Positions 1-9,170 are shown, counted from the stretch's first letter. The stretch: 64,000 nucleotides of DNA from Candidatus Magasanikiibacteriota bacterium (GCA_003518365.1 DOYU01000021.1:492-64491); one strand, 5' to 3'. The notes: generated by a model not told the origin, from the sequence alone. Made by a program: numbers and translations.

Positions 1-348
1 TCCGTCAACTGCACTTGTATCAATATCGTCATCACTTTGGGAAGCAACTGGTGGAGTCATGGCAGCAGCTGGTGCAGCACTGCGATATGCAGGGCCACGA
101 CCACCTTCTGGTTCATTGATCTTCAGATTAACGCGAGCGTTATTCTTTGCACCAACAATCTTCAAAAGTGTTCGAACTGATCGTGCGGTTTGACCTTGGC
201 GACCGATGACGTATGCCATGTCGCTAGGATCGACGTCGAGAGTGATGAGCACACCACGCTCATCAACGGTGCGAGTTGCCTTCACTTTGTCTGGGTTGTT
301 GACAATAGCTTTGACGACGTAATCCACAAAAGATTGATCTTGTTCCAT
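1..348 (-). CDS. KH-domain RNA-binding protein (YlqC/UPF0109-like). It is 5'-complete and runs off the window start.
   Basis: Reverse-complement translation from the ATG at ~346-348 gives MEQDQSFVDYVVKAIVNNPDKVKATRTVDERGVLITLDVDPSDMAYVIGRQGQTARSVRTLLKIVGAK..., a typical KH motif VIGRQGQTxRxxR. Position directly downstream of rpsP matches the conserved rpsP-KH gene order. Confidence 0.7.
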   Translation of the reverse strand, partial: MEQDQSFVDYVVKAIVNNPDKVKATRTVDERGVLITLDVDPSDMAYVIGRQGQTARSVRTLLKIVGAKNNARVNLKINEPEGGRGPAYRSAAPAAAMTPPVASQSDDDIDTSAVDG

Positions 349-508
349 AGAATTCGTTTCAGAATGTAAATTTGTGAAGAACTGTCGACATTTCCCGAGC
401 ATATCGGGCCAGTTCTATCGTGAGAGTAGTATATACAGATGGGTGGATTTTGTCAATGTCATAAAAAAGACACACCTCACGGCATGTCTTTTTTATTATT
501 TCAAAATA

Positions 509-1021
509 TTACTCTGCTTTCTTTTCTTCTTCAGCTGGAGTTTCCTCAGCAGCAAGAGCTTCCTCTGCCTTTGGCTCTTCAACAGCTGCAGGAGCTTCAC
601 TTGCAGCTGCCTCCGCAGCCTTTGCTGCTTCTTCAGCTTCTCGTGCTGCTTGTTCTTCCGCTTCCTTCGCTGCTTTTGCAGCTTCTTCTGCCTTGCGTTT
701 TGCTTCTACGGCAGCATTTTTTACTGCATCGATCTTTCCTTGTCGTTTCTGTGAGATACTGACTGCTTTCTTTTTGTCGCCAGTCAAAATTCCTTCGCGA
801 ACAAACAAGTTGTGCACGGCTTCTGATGGAGTCGCACCTTGTGCGAGCCAGTGCTTGATGCGATCTGTATTGAGTGATACTACTTTTGGATTTGCGACAG
901 GGTTGTAGTTGCCGAGAATCTCGAGCGCACGTCCCTGTGTGTCGCGAGCATTTTCTGAGATCACCAATCGGTAACTAGGTGATTTTTTTCTTCCGATGCG
1001 TTGAAATCTAATACTAAGCAT
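509..1021 (-). CDS. rpsP: 30S ribosomal protein S16 with an Ala/Glu/Lys-rich C-terminal extension
   Basis: Track ORF 509..1054. An internal Met gives MLSIRFQRIGRKKSPSYRLVISENARDTQGRALEILGNYNP, the canonical S16 N-terminus. Start chosen by homology; the upstream Met at 1054 is also possible. Confidence 0.85.
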   Translation of the reverse strand: MLSIRFQRIGRKKSPSYRLVISENARDTQGRALEILGNYNPVANPKVVSLNTDRIKHWLAQGATPSEAVHNLFVREGILTGDKKKAVSISQKRQGKIDAVKNAAVEAKRKAEEAAKAAKEAEEQAAREAEEAAKAAEAAASEAPAAVEEPKAEEALAAEETPAEEEKKAE

Positions 1022-1181
1022 AATGTCATTAAATGATGTAAACAATCCAATCAACGCAACAACAAACTGTTAGTTGTTAAAAGTTAATTGTTACTTGATT
1101 TGAGAGCAAAATTCTGGTTTCCCAGAGGTTTTTCGTGATGTTGGCGAGTATACAGGAAAGCTCTTCAGCTGTCAATACCAT

Positions 1182-4100
1182 CTAGGACGATGCCTTCTCT
1201 ACCACCTTCTCTGCTTCTCCGAGCTTCACAGAAAGCAGCCGACTCATCCCATCATTTCCCATCGTGACGCCATAGAGCGCGTCTGCTGCGTGCATACTCA
1301 CACGATTGTGTGTGATGAGGATAAACTGTGACTCGGTTGCAAGCTCTTGCAAGATATTCGTAAAGCGGAGTGTGTTTGCTTCGTCGAGGGCAGCCTCGAC
1401 TTCATCGAGAAAGACAAATGGTGATGGATTGGTGCGAAGAATCGCACACACAAGAGCAATCGATACCATGGTTCGCTCTCCTCCAGAAAGTGACTGAATA
1501 TTTTTAATTTTCTTGCCAGGTGGATTTGCCTTGACATCAATCCCCTGCAAAATTTCTTTGCCGCGCTTTTTCCGCCGACTCTTTGCGTCATCCTCGTCAT
1601 CAAGAAGATCATCTTCAACAAGAAGTGCTTCTTCATCGGTTTCATCTAAGGCGGATCCGCCTTGGGCGGATTCTTCCCCATATATCTCAATTAAATCCGC
1701 TTCCCCACCTTCAAACAGCGTCGTAAAATAGCGCTTGAATTCTGTCTTGATTTGTTTGAATGCCTTTTTTCGTTTTTTTCTCATCATTTCATCGAGCTCG
1801 GCAATAAGTGTTTCCAAATCTTTTGCCGTCTTTGTCAGATCATCGAGCTGCAACGATAAATGACTGTGTCGCGTTTTTGTTTCTTCATATTCATCCATGA
1901 CTTCCTGATCAATGCCGCCGATGAGCGACAATTTGTATTTCAATTTATCTATTTCTGCTTGCACTGCTTCGAGCCTATCCATCGTAAGCATAGTCTCAAC
2001 ACGATTCATCACTTCGCCGAGCGACATGTGGAGCTCGTGATAGATTTCTTCTTCGAGATCTTCCATCTTTGTTTCGAGCTTTGCAATCTCGACTTGGAGC
2101 GTATTGCGCTGTTCAGAGATACCATTAAGTGATGTCTGCACGCCTTGCATCTCATCCTGGAGTGCAAACACTCGTTTTCGTTTCTTTTCTTCTTCTGCAT
2201 TGAATGCATCGATCTTTGCTTGTGCTACGGCAAGTTCTTTTTCGACTGTTTCAATATCGTCATCCAGGGCATCCCGTTCTTGCTGAAGTTTTTTCATTGC
2301 AGCATCATAATCTCCTTCACTCATTGATGAGAGAGACAACTCTTGTTCAAACCCTGCTTTTTCTTTATCTATCTCATGCTTTTGCGATTCGAGAAGCTCT
2401 CGTTTGTTTGTGCGCTTGCCAATCTCTGCTTCGAGTGTTCGCAATGTTTCGTCTTCTTGTCGATGAACAGAGGTAAGCGCCGTAAGTTTGTGGTCAAGAG
2501 AAAGCAGTTCTTCTTTTATTTCTTCTTCATTATATTTTGCTCCATACATGGATTCTTGTGAAAAGCTCAGTCCCGTACTCTTTTGTTTTCGATAGCCACC
2601 TTTCATGCTGCCGCTCTTTTCGAGGATATCTCCATCGAGCGTGACCATGCGCACACGTCCGACACCAATCTCACGAGCAGTCTCGATATCTTCGACAATC
2701 AGCGTATCGCCAAGCACGTACGAAAAAATCTCTTCAAACTTTTCATCATATGTCACAATATCGAGCGCAAGACCAATCACGCCCTTCCTTCCAAGATAGC
2801 TTTCGATATCGTGTGAAATATGTCTCCCACGAATTTTTGTCAGTGGAAGAAATGTTGCATAACCAAGTTTACTTTCACGAAGATATCTGATGCAGCTTTC
2901 TGCCACTCGTTCATCTTCGACAACAATTGACGTCAGGTGCGCGCCTGCTGCGATATCGAGTGCAAGCTGATATTCTGCTGCAACGCGACCAAGCTGCGCC
3001 ACAGCGCCAGACACACCACCAAATCGACGGCGTTCAGACAGAATCGCTTCCACTGCACGCAGTCCCGTGTATTGGAAGACCGACGTTTGGGTTTCTGCCT
3101 CACGGAGCATGCGTTCGAGGTCCTGTTTTTTCCGATGCAATTCTTGTATGTCGAGAGACACCTCTTGCACTTTTTTTATCGCAGACATGCGCTTTTGTAC
3201 AAAGTCTGTTTCTTCTTTTTGTATACGAGCGATCTCATCAGCAAGAGTCGCCACTTTCGTATCCACGTCATCACGCTTTTGCTCAAGCCATCCGATATTT
3301 TGCTTGCCGGCTTGGCTATAGGCTGTCTGCATCCGACCGGAGAGAATTGCTCGTTCACGTTCGAGTTCATTCTTTTTTTTCTGTACATCACTATATGCGC
3401 GCTGCAACTCTGCAAAAACATCTTCACGCGATGCACCTTGCGCCAGGGTCGCAAGTTCTGTCTGAATTTCTGACAACGAACGACTCAGGTCATCGTATGT
3501 TTTTTGGATGCCAAACAAATCACTCCGTCCTTTTTCAAGTGCACTGTGATAATGCCCGCCCAAAGTGACATAGTATCCTTCTTGCAATTCGCGCAGCGCG
3601 ATTTCCACTTCTTTCCGCTGTTCAAGTTTTTTTACTTGTCGAGACAAGGCCTTCAATCGTGGCGTAATTTCGTTCAACAAGAGGGATGCCTGATCAATAT
3701 GTTCCTTACTTTTTCGAAGTTTGAGAAATGATTGGTGTCGCTTAATTTGAAATTCTTTGATGCCAGCCGCTTCGTCAAAAAATGCTTTTCGCTCTGAAGG
3801 AGATTGGAGCAGCATGCGATCGATCGTCCCCTGCCCGATGACGCTGTAAGAACCATGAGCAAACTGCGCTTTTGCTAATAAAATCTGAAGATCAATAAGA
3901 CGAACAGTGCCGCCATTGACCAGATACTCGCTCTCGCCAGAACGATAAAGGTTTCGCGTAATGATCAAATCTTCGTATTCTATTGGCGCGCTGTGATCAC
4001 TATTGTCAAAGTGTAAGCTCACGCTCGCCACACTCATTTGTCCCTTGGTGGCAGACCCGGCAAAAATCACGTCCGCCGTCTTTTTTCCTCGCAATTGCTT

Positions 4101-4277
4101 CACACTCTGCTCACCCAGCACCCACCGAATCGCGTCTGAGATATTGCTCTTGCCACTCCCATTTGGCCCCACGATTGCCGTAATACTTTGGCGGTCTTTA
4201 TATGGCGGCAAAAAAGATACCGTTGTCTTATCAGCAAAGGATTTGAAGCCGTGGAGTTCGATGGATTTGAGATGCAT
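1182..4277 (-). CDS. smc: Chromosome segregation protein SMC
   Basis: Track ORF 1182..4487. An internal Met gives MHLKSIELHGFKSFADKT...GPNGSGKSNISDAIRWVLGEQS (Walker A), a long coiled coil and a hinge. C-terminal LSGGERTMVSIALVCAI...FLDEVEAALDEAN is the ABC signature plus D-loop. Confidence 0.9.
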   Translation of the reverse strand: MHLKSIELHGFKSFADKTTVSFLPPYKDRQSITAIVGPNGSGKSNISDAIRWVLGEQSVKQLRGKKTADVIFAGSATKGQMSVASVSLHFDNSDHSAPIEYEDLIITRNLYRSGESEYLVNGGTVRLIDLQILLAKAQFAHGSYSVIGQGTIDRMLLQSPSERKAFFDEAAGIKEFQIKRHQSFLKLRKSKEHIDQASLLLNEITPRLKALSRQVKKLEQRKEVEIALRELQEGYYVTLGGHYHSALEKGRSDLFGIQKTYDDLSRSLSEIQTELATLAQGASREDVFAELQRAYSDVQKKKNELERERAILSGRMQTAYSQAGKQNIGWLEQKRDDVDTKVATLADEIARIQKEETDFVQKRMSAIKKVQEVSLDIQELHRKKQDLERMLREAETQTSVFQYTGLRAVEAILSERRRFGGVSGAVAQLGRVAAEYQLALDIAAGAHLTSIVVEDERVAESCIRYLRESKLGYATFLPLTKIRGRHISHDIESYLGRKGVIGLALDIVTYDEKFEEIFSYVLGDTLIVEDIETAREIGVGRVRMVTLDGDILEKSGSMKGGYRKQKSTGLSFSQESMYGAKYNEEEIKEELLSLDHKLTALTSVHRQEDETLRTLEAEIGKRTNKRELLESQKHEIDKEKAGFEQELSLSSMSEGDYDAAMKKLQQERDALDDDIETVEKELAVAQAKIDAFNAEEEKKRKRVFALQDEMQGVQTSLNGISEQRNTLQVEIAKLETKMEDLEEEIYHELHMSLGEVMNRVETMLTMDRLEAVQAEIDKLKYKLSLIGGIDQEVMDEYEETKTRHSHLSLQLDDLTKTAKDLETLIAELDEMMRKKRKKAFKQIKTEFKRYFTTLFEGGEADLIEIYGEESAQGGSALDETDEEALLVEDDLLDDEDDAKSRRKKRGKEILQGIDVKANPPGKKIKNIQSLSGGERTMVSIALVCAILRTNPSPFVFLDEVEAALDEANTLRFTNILQELATESQFILITHNRVSMHAADALYGVTMGNDGMSRLLSVKLGEAEKVVEKASS

Positions 4278-4480
4278 GTTTTCGGGACTAGAAGCTAGAA
4301 ACTGGACACTAGGGACAGAATCGCAAATATGGGATAATAATATCATATTTTGGGAGAGAGGAACAAGGTATTGACATTTTTTAGAAAATACGGTAGAGTC
4401 ATCGGCTTGTCTTTCTTCGCTCACGTATTTATAGTAAAAGGACGCAGTAACGAATTCCTCGTCACAAAGTCCAAACATAT

Positions 4481-5491
4481 ATGCCAAAACGGGTAGCCAC
4501 CCACATTTTCAAGGCCATCCAGGCAGCGAGAAAGATTCTCCTTGTGTCTCACAAAAATCCTGACGGAGACACGCTCGGATCTCTTGCTGCAATGATGCAA
4601 TACCTTCGCCATATCGAAAAACCACATGTGGCATTTTGTGCTACCGATATTTCTCCGTCACTGATGTTTTTGCCACACATCGACTATGTGACGCATACAC
4701 CGACCGTGTGGGATGATAAAGATATTGATCTCGTGATTGTATTTGATTCATCCAGTCCAGACTATGCTGGGGTAGAACACTTGCTCCCGATTATGAAAGA
4801 ACGTGGTGCACAGATCGCAAATATCGATCATCACAATACCAATCTTCAATATGGAGATTTCAACCTCGTCTTGCCAAAAGCAAGCTCAACGACAGAAATT
4901 GTCCATGACTTTTTTGCGCACAATAAAATAACCATCACACCAGCAATGGCAACATGCCTGCTCACTGGTATCATTACGGATACGGGGAATTTCACCAATG
5001 CAGCGACCACAAAACACTCGATGAATATTGCAAGCAAACTGATTGAAAAAGGCGGCAACATGGCACTCATTCAAGGATGGGTCCTGAAAGATAAGACTAT
5101 CAATGGACTCAAACTCTGGGGCACCGTACTCAGCAGAATGGCGCATCATGAAAAACTAGACATTGTCTACACGTATGTCACAAAAGAAGATATAGCAAAA
5201 CACGGCGTGACCGAACACGAAGTAGAAGGTATTGCAAACTTTATGAATAATATCAAAGATGGACGTGCTGGCATGATTCTAAAGGAAACAGAAGACGGCA
5301 ATTTCAAAGGGAGTTTTCGTACCACACATGATCATGTCGACGTCTCAGCTTTTGCAAAACTCTTTGGTGGCGGTGGACACAAAAAAGCAGCAGGCTTTTC
5401 TGTAGAAGGACCTATCGAACATGCACTCGAACATATCTTCGAAAAAATTCATCTTTTTGAGAATGGCGAACTTGCACTTGCTGAGGTGTAA
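4481..5491 (+). CDS. nrnA: DHH/DHHA1 phosphoesterase, NrnA-like bifunctional oligoribonuclease / pAp phosphatase
   Basis: Motifs DGDTLGS, NIDHHNTN and FGGGGHKKAAGF (DHHA1 GGGH). Confidence 0.8.
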   Translation: MPKRVATHIFKAIQAARKILLVSHKNPDGDTLGSLAAMMQYLRHIEKPHVAFCATDISPSLMFLPHIDYVTHTPTVWDDKDIDLVIVFDSSSPDYAGVEHLLPIMKERGAQIANIDHHNTNLQYGDFNLVLPKASSTTEIVHDFFAHNKITITPAMATCLLTGIITDTGNFTNAATTKHSMNIASKLIEKGGNMALIQGWVLKDKTINGLKLWGTVLSRMAHHEKLDIVYTYVTKEDIAKHGVTEHEVEGIANFMNNIKDGRAGMILKETEDGNFKGSFRTTHDHVDVSAFAKLFGGGGHKKAAGFSVEGPIEHALEHIFEKIHLFENGELALAEV

Positions 5492-5500
5492 CCATAAAAA

Positions 5501-5596
5501 CTCTCCCCCTAGTAGGGGGAGTTGGAGGGGGTTACCGCAGAAGCAAGAATAGTGGTAGTCCATAACCCCACCTTAATCCTCCCCTAGTAGGGGAGG
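5501..5596 (+). ncRNA. Two near-identical GC-stem hairpins with the same TAGTA loop, ~55 nt apart, immediately 3' of nrnA. Putative structured 3'-UTR element or small RNA.
   Basis: Read directly: CTCTCCCCC-TAGTA-GGGGGAG and CCTCCCC-TAGTA-GGGGAGG. Confidence 0.3.
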
Positions 5597-5606
5597 AAAT
5601 AATAAA

Positions 5607-5640
5607 AAAACAACTCACAAAAAATGTGAGCTGTTTTTTT
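5607..5640. terminator. Rho-independent terminator, bidirectional in form, after nrnA
   Basis: AAAAAAA-CAACTCACA-aaaaa-TGTGAGCTG-TTTTTTT: a stem-loop with A-run and T-run flanks. Confidence 0.7.
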
Positions 5641-5776
5641 ATTTCAAAAGGTTTCGTCTTTTGTCTTATGCTGAGAAGACTCATCAGTCCAGATATCATC
5701 TGAAAACCTCAATGCGACCCTGCAACACGATACCGAAGCATCGTGGCAGAGTCGCTGCAAGAGAACGTGGGAGGCA

Positions 5777-6274
5777 CTAGTACAGGTAGCGCACCACCTC
5801 GAACGTCTCAATTGCGCCTGGTTGCGGCGCAATCGGGACGAACGCCGAGATGTGCACGCCACCTTCCAGCCCGTCGACTTGGAAGACGTAGTCTTCCGTG
5901 TCCATGGTGAGGAACGCCCCACCGTAGACACCACCGTCGCCGGTGACGCCGAAGACCTCGATCTCGAAGATCATTCCGGCGTAGACCTGTACGGGGATCT
6001 CGCCGACGAACTCGTACTCGAACAGCGCGATGTCCGGATCGATGGGATCCCAGACCTGTTGCGCAAAGCCTGCCTCGTCCACCACGGTCAGCCGACAGAC
6101 CGAGATGCACTCGACCCACGCCAAGGGCGGGGTGATGGTCTCATCGCTCGGCGTCGTCGTGTCCACCTGCTCGGGGCAGGCGGCCTGGACGGGCGCGAGG
6201 GTGTCGGAGTCGCAGGCGGCGGCGAGGGTCAGGGTCAGGGTCAGGGCGATGGTGGCGACGAAGAAGCTACGCAT
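5777..6274 (-). CDS. Secreted lipoprotein, copy 1 of a tandem paralogous family, on the GC-rich island
   Basis: Internal Met at MRSFFVATIALTLTLTLAAACDSD (signal peptide plus lipobox Cys), with GGAGGA 8 nt upstream. C-terminal region FEYEFVGEIPVQVYAGMIFEIEVFGVTGDGG resembles copies 2 and 3. Sequence is visibly GC-rich. Confidence 0.6.
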   Translation of the reverse strand: MRSFFVATIALTLTLTLAAACDSDTLAPVQAACPEQVDTTTPSDETITPPLAWVECISVCRLTVVDEAGFAQQVWDPIDPDIALFEYEFVGEIPVQVYAGMIFEIEVFGVTGDGGVYGGAFLTMDTEDYVFQVDGLEGGVHISAFVPIAPQPGAIETFEVVRYLY

Positions 6275-6423
6275 CGGAATCCTCCGGTGATGCGGTCTCA
6301 CGATGTACTTTACTACAGCATTTCTGCAGCAAGCACGATCGAATGAACCGCACCACCAACATGTTCTCTTGCATTGTAAAAAGCATGTCAAAAGAGGTAC
6401 TTGTGTCCTATTTTGAACGGCTG

Positions 6424-6452
6424 AATATAACATAAAAACACACTTTTGTCAA
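6424..6452 (-). promoter_or_regulatory. Putative sigma70 promoter for lipoprotein copy 1
   Basis: On the minus strand: TTGACA, a 17-18 nt spacer, then TATATT, about 150 nt upstream of the start. Confidence 0.4.
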
Positions 6453-6516
6453 GTGTATAACTAAAAAAATTGCCTTATGTTAGCAATTTTCTTCTTTTTT
6501 AGAAGTTTGCAAACAG

Positions 6517-6560
6517 TCGACGCAGCGCACTCCGAAGAGCGCGCCGCGTCGACCGCGAAG
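6517..6560. terminator. GC-rich palindrome 3' of lipoprotein copy 2. A homologous copy sits at 7318-7375, 3' of copy 3.
   Basis: GTCGACGC...CTCCGAAGAG...GCGTCGAC. The related sequence GCGCAGCGC-TGCAACTCCGAAGAGTGCGCGCC follows copy 3. Confidence 0.45.
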
Positions 6561-6565
6561 AAAGA

Positions 6566-7102
6566 TCAGATGCCGTCTTGCCATCCGGGGTCGTAGACCA
6601 CTTGAATGGTGTACCTGCTCCCAGGTGTCCAGTCGTAGATGGGAAATCTCAGCTTTGGTGAGGTCTCGACACCATCATTGACTCGCAGGAGAAATTTGAA
6701 CATGAGGTTGTGGGACACGAGTTCGAGTGTCACACCGCCATTCATAGGGGGCGCGACCATCAGCTCGACCTCGATCTCTGCACCTTCAAGGAGCTGAAAA
6801 TCGAAGATCTCGTTACTCGCGAGATACTCATCGAGCGTAGGTCCCTCTTCATCACTCACATAGTACTCTCCATGAAAGAACCAAATGGGAGCGACCTCCC
6901 CATCCGGCAGGGTGACCGTCACCTTCCACACACCATTGGCCCAGAGAGAAGCGAAGGCTCCTTCTCCACCATAATGAAAGGTGATGCTTGGCTCAGAGGA
7001 ATCTTCCTCCTGCGGAATTTCCACATCTGGAAGGATGGTGGTGTCACAGCCGCCAGAGCTGTAGACGAAACCGAACAGAGCGAGAAAGATAAGTGCGTGC
7101 AT
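6566..7102 (-). CDS. Secreted lipoprotein, copy 2 of the tandem family
   Basis: Internal Met at MHALIFLALFGFVYSSGGCD (lipobox). LDEYLASNEIFDFQLLEGAEIEVELMVAPPMNGGVTLELVSHN aligns with copy 3. Confidence 0.65.
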   Translation of the reverse strand: MHALIFLALFGFVYSSGGCDTTILPDVEIPQEEDSSEPSITFHYGGEGAFASLWANGVWKVTVTLPDGEVAPIWFFHGEYYVSDEEGPTLDEYLASNEIFDFQLLEGAEIEVELMVAPPMNGGVTLELVSHNLMFKFLLRVNDGVETSPKLRFPIYDWTPGSRYTIQVVYDPGWQDGI

Positions 7103-7116
7103 GAAATACCTCAGTG

Positions 7117-7166
7117 TGAATGCGACCATTCGTCAACGTACGGGACCACCCCGCACGTAAACGTAT
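7117..7166 (-). promoter_or_regulatory. Conserved 5' leader element shared by lipoprotein copies 2 and 3. The second copy is at 7917-7965.
   Basis: About 50 nt are nearly identical directly upstream of both start codons: GAAT(G/A)CGACCATTCGTCA(A/G)CGTACGGGACCACCCCG(C/A)AC...AAACGTATC. It contains a CGGG-ACCAC-CCCG hairpin. Confidence 0.45.
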
Positions 7167-7376
7167 CAATCACATCCACATGACGTTGATCTTTCAAACG
7201 TATGATACCATACGTTTGACAGTAAAAAATAGCAGAAAAAACAATTTTGTCAAGTGTCCAAATAAAAAATTGCCTCATATTAGCAATTTCAAATATTTTT
7301 CAAAAGTGAAGCGAAGCGGCCGGCGCAGCGCTGCAACTCCGAAGAGTGCGCGCCACGCCGGTCGCAAGGTGAGAGA

Positions 7377-7895
7377 TCAGGAGCAGGTGCCGTCCGGCAC
7401 GAGCTCCACGAAGTAGGCACGAGGTTCACCCACCGATGTGTAGATGGGCAGATAACACGTGGGCACTCCCCGGTTATTCGTGAACTGATACGCCTGTTGA
7501 TGGGAGACCAAGGTCATCTGCTCGGCACCATTCTCTGGTGGAGATTCGATGAGCTCGACATGGATGGTCTGTCCCTCTGTCAGCTCAAAATCCAGGAACT
7601 CATTCTCCGCCAGGTAGCCATCCAGCTTCCCGGCATCTTCATCAAGGACTTCGTACGGTCCAAGAGAGCGCCAAATCGAAGCAGCAGACCCGTCCGGATT
7701 AAGAACGCTGATCTCGCAGGCTCCTCGGCACCAAAAGGTTCCAAAGTTCTTCTCTCCGAGGTCATGCACTACAACTTTTGCGCCGTCTGCCTTCCCGACC
7801 TTTGGTGTGTCGGATATGCCCTCAATGTCCACATCGCAACCACCAATGAAGATGGCGACCAGCGCAAGAATCATGGTGATAATCGTGAGATGCAT
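7377..7895 (-). CDS. Secreted lipoprotein, copy 3 of the tandem family
   Basis: Internal Met at MHLTIITMILALVAIFIGGCD, with GGAGGA upstream. LDGYLAENEFLDFELTEGQTIHVELIESPPENGAEQMTLVSHQ is paralogous to copy 2. Confidence 0.65.
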   Translation of the reverse strand: MHLTIITMILALVAIFIGGCDVDIEGISDTPKVGKADGAKVVVHDLGEKNFGTFWCRGACEISVLNPDGSAASIWRSLGPYEVLDEDAGKLDGYLAENEFLDFELTEGQTIHVELIESPPENGAEQMTLVSHQQAYQFTNNRGVPTCYLPIYTSVGEPRAYFVELVPDGTCS

Positions 7896-8201
7896 CGCGT
7901 CCTCCATAGAAGTATGAATACGACCATTCGTCAGCGTACGGGACCACCCCGAACACAAACGTATCTGCCGCATCCATACTTCTGTGATCTCTCAAAAATA
8001 TCATATCAAACTAGGAGTATTTTTCCTAGTTTGAATAGATGAAGATAGCGTATTTTGCGACGTTTGTCAATATATTAAATATCTGGCTGTATTGCTTACG
8101 CATGTTTCATTGTCAAATTGTTACATTGTTATATTGTTGATGATATTAAATAGATTGATATATGATAATTGTTATTTGCTATCTGAAATGTTAGCACTCT
8201 C

Positions 8202-8230
8202 TTGACAAGACTGATAATCTTCTCTATGCT
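8202..8230 (+). promoter_or_regulatory. Sigma70-type promoter for clpP
   Basis: TTGACA, a 17 nt spacer, then TATGCT, about 55 nt upstream of the clpP ATG. Confidence 0.5.
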
Positions 8231-8284
8231 ATACTTCTTTACATAATCTATTTCTAGTTACCAGTTACTGGTTCCTAGTCCCCT

Positions 8285-8875
8285 ATGTTTATGCATTCTC
8301 AATACCTCATCCCAACCGTCATCGAAAAAACATCACACGGTGAACGTGCATACGATATTTACTCTCGCCTTTTGAAAGATCGCATTATTTTTCTTGGCAG
8401 CGCGATCGATGACGGCGTCGCAAATACCATCATCGCTCAGCTCCTCTTCCTGGCAAATCAAGACGCGGAAAAAGATATCAAACTCTATATCAACTCCCCT
8501 GGTGGATCCGTCACCGCAGGTATGGCCATCTACGACACCATGCAATTTGTAAAACCACATGTTTCGACGATTTGTATCGGCATGGCAGCAAGTATGGGAT
8601 CAGTCCTCCTCGCAGCAGGAGAAAAAGGAAAACGTTTTGTCCTCCCAAATAGTGAAGTGATGATTCATCAAGTCCTCGGTGGGACACAAGGGCAAGCAAG
8701 TGATATTCAGATTCATGCAGAACGCATTGTCAAAATGAAAAAACATCTGAATGAAATTCTTGCAAAACACTGTGGCCAAACATTTGAAAAAGTAGAAAAA
8801 GACGCAGACCGAGATTACTTCATGAGTGCGGAAGAAGCTGTGACATACGGACTTGTGGACAAAGTTATATCGTAG
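8285..8875 (+). CDS. clpP: ATP-dependent Clp protease proteolytic subunit
   Basis: [11 protein letters not shown]...[20 protein letters not shown]...[14 protein letters not shown]...MIHQ places the catalytic Ser, His and Asp in context. Confidence 0.95.
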   Translation: MFMHSQYLIPTVIEKTSHGERAYDIYSRLLKDRIIFLGSAIDDGVANTIIAQLLFLANQDAEKDIKLYINSPGGSVTAGMAIYDTMQFVKPHVSTICIGMAASMGSVLLAAGEKGKRFVLPNSEVMIHQVLGGTQGQASDIQIHAERIVKMKKHLNEILAKHCGQTFEKVEKDADRDYFMSAEEAVTYGLVDKVIS

Positions 8876-8904
8876 TTCACGAGTCACTTAACACGTAGCA
8901 CGAA

Positions 8905-9135
8905 ACAATCTTACTCTGAACGGGAGGAAACCTTGCCAGGCAAGACTACGCTTCGCTAAGATTATGTTTCACCTACGGTGAAACAAGATTGAAGATTACT
9001 TCACAAAAAGAAGGACATGCATGATATGCATGTCCTTCTTAGCATGTAACATAATCTTCAATCTTTTTTGCCGTAAGGCAAAAGTAATCTTAGTGGAGCG
9101 AAGCGAAACGCAATCTTACGTTGCACTAGGACACA
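8905..9135. repeat. Imperfect palindrome of about 230 bp between convergent genes. It has a perfect 15 bp central hairpin, branch hairpins and AATCTTAC direct repeats. Candidate structured ncRNA or compound bidirectional terminator.
   Basis: The arms pair CGCTTCGCTAAGATTA with TAATCTTAG-GCGAAGCG, and GATTGAAGATTA with TAATCTTCAATC. The centre is AAGAAGGACATGCAT-gat-ATGCATGTCCTTCTT at ~9008-9040. Side hairpins are GTTTCACC-tacg-GTGAAAC and TTTTGCC-gtaa-GGCAAAA. Confidence 0.5.
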
Positions 9136-9170
9136 CGTTGTCACATACTATGTGACTCGTGTCTCGTGAA

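Noticed and set aside
2927-3568. Several plus-strand ORFs (60-213 aa) inside the minus-strand smc gene
   Set aside because: They are antisense shadow ORFs within a gene that has strong SMC homology along its whole length. None has a recognisable motif or an RBS.
5808-6346. ORFs 5808..6119(-), 5822..6346(+) and 6030..6290(+) overlapping lipoprotein copy 1
   Set aside because: The high GC removes stop codons in all frames. Their translations are Arg/Gly-rich low-complexity. The lipoprotein frame has a signal peptide, lipobox and RBS.
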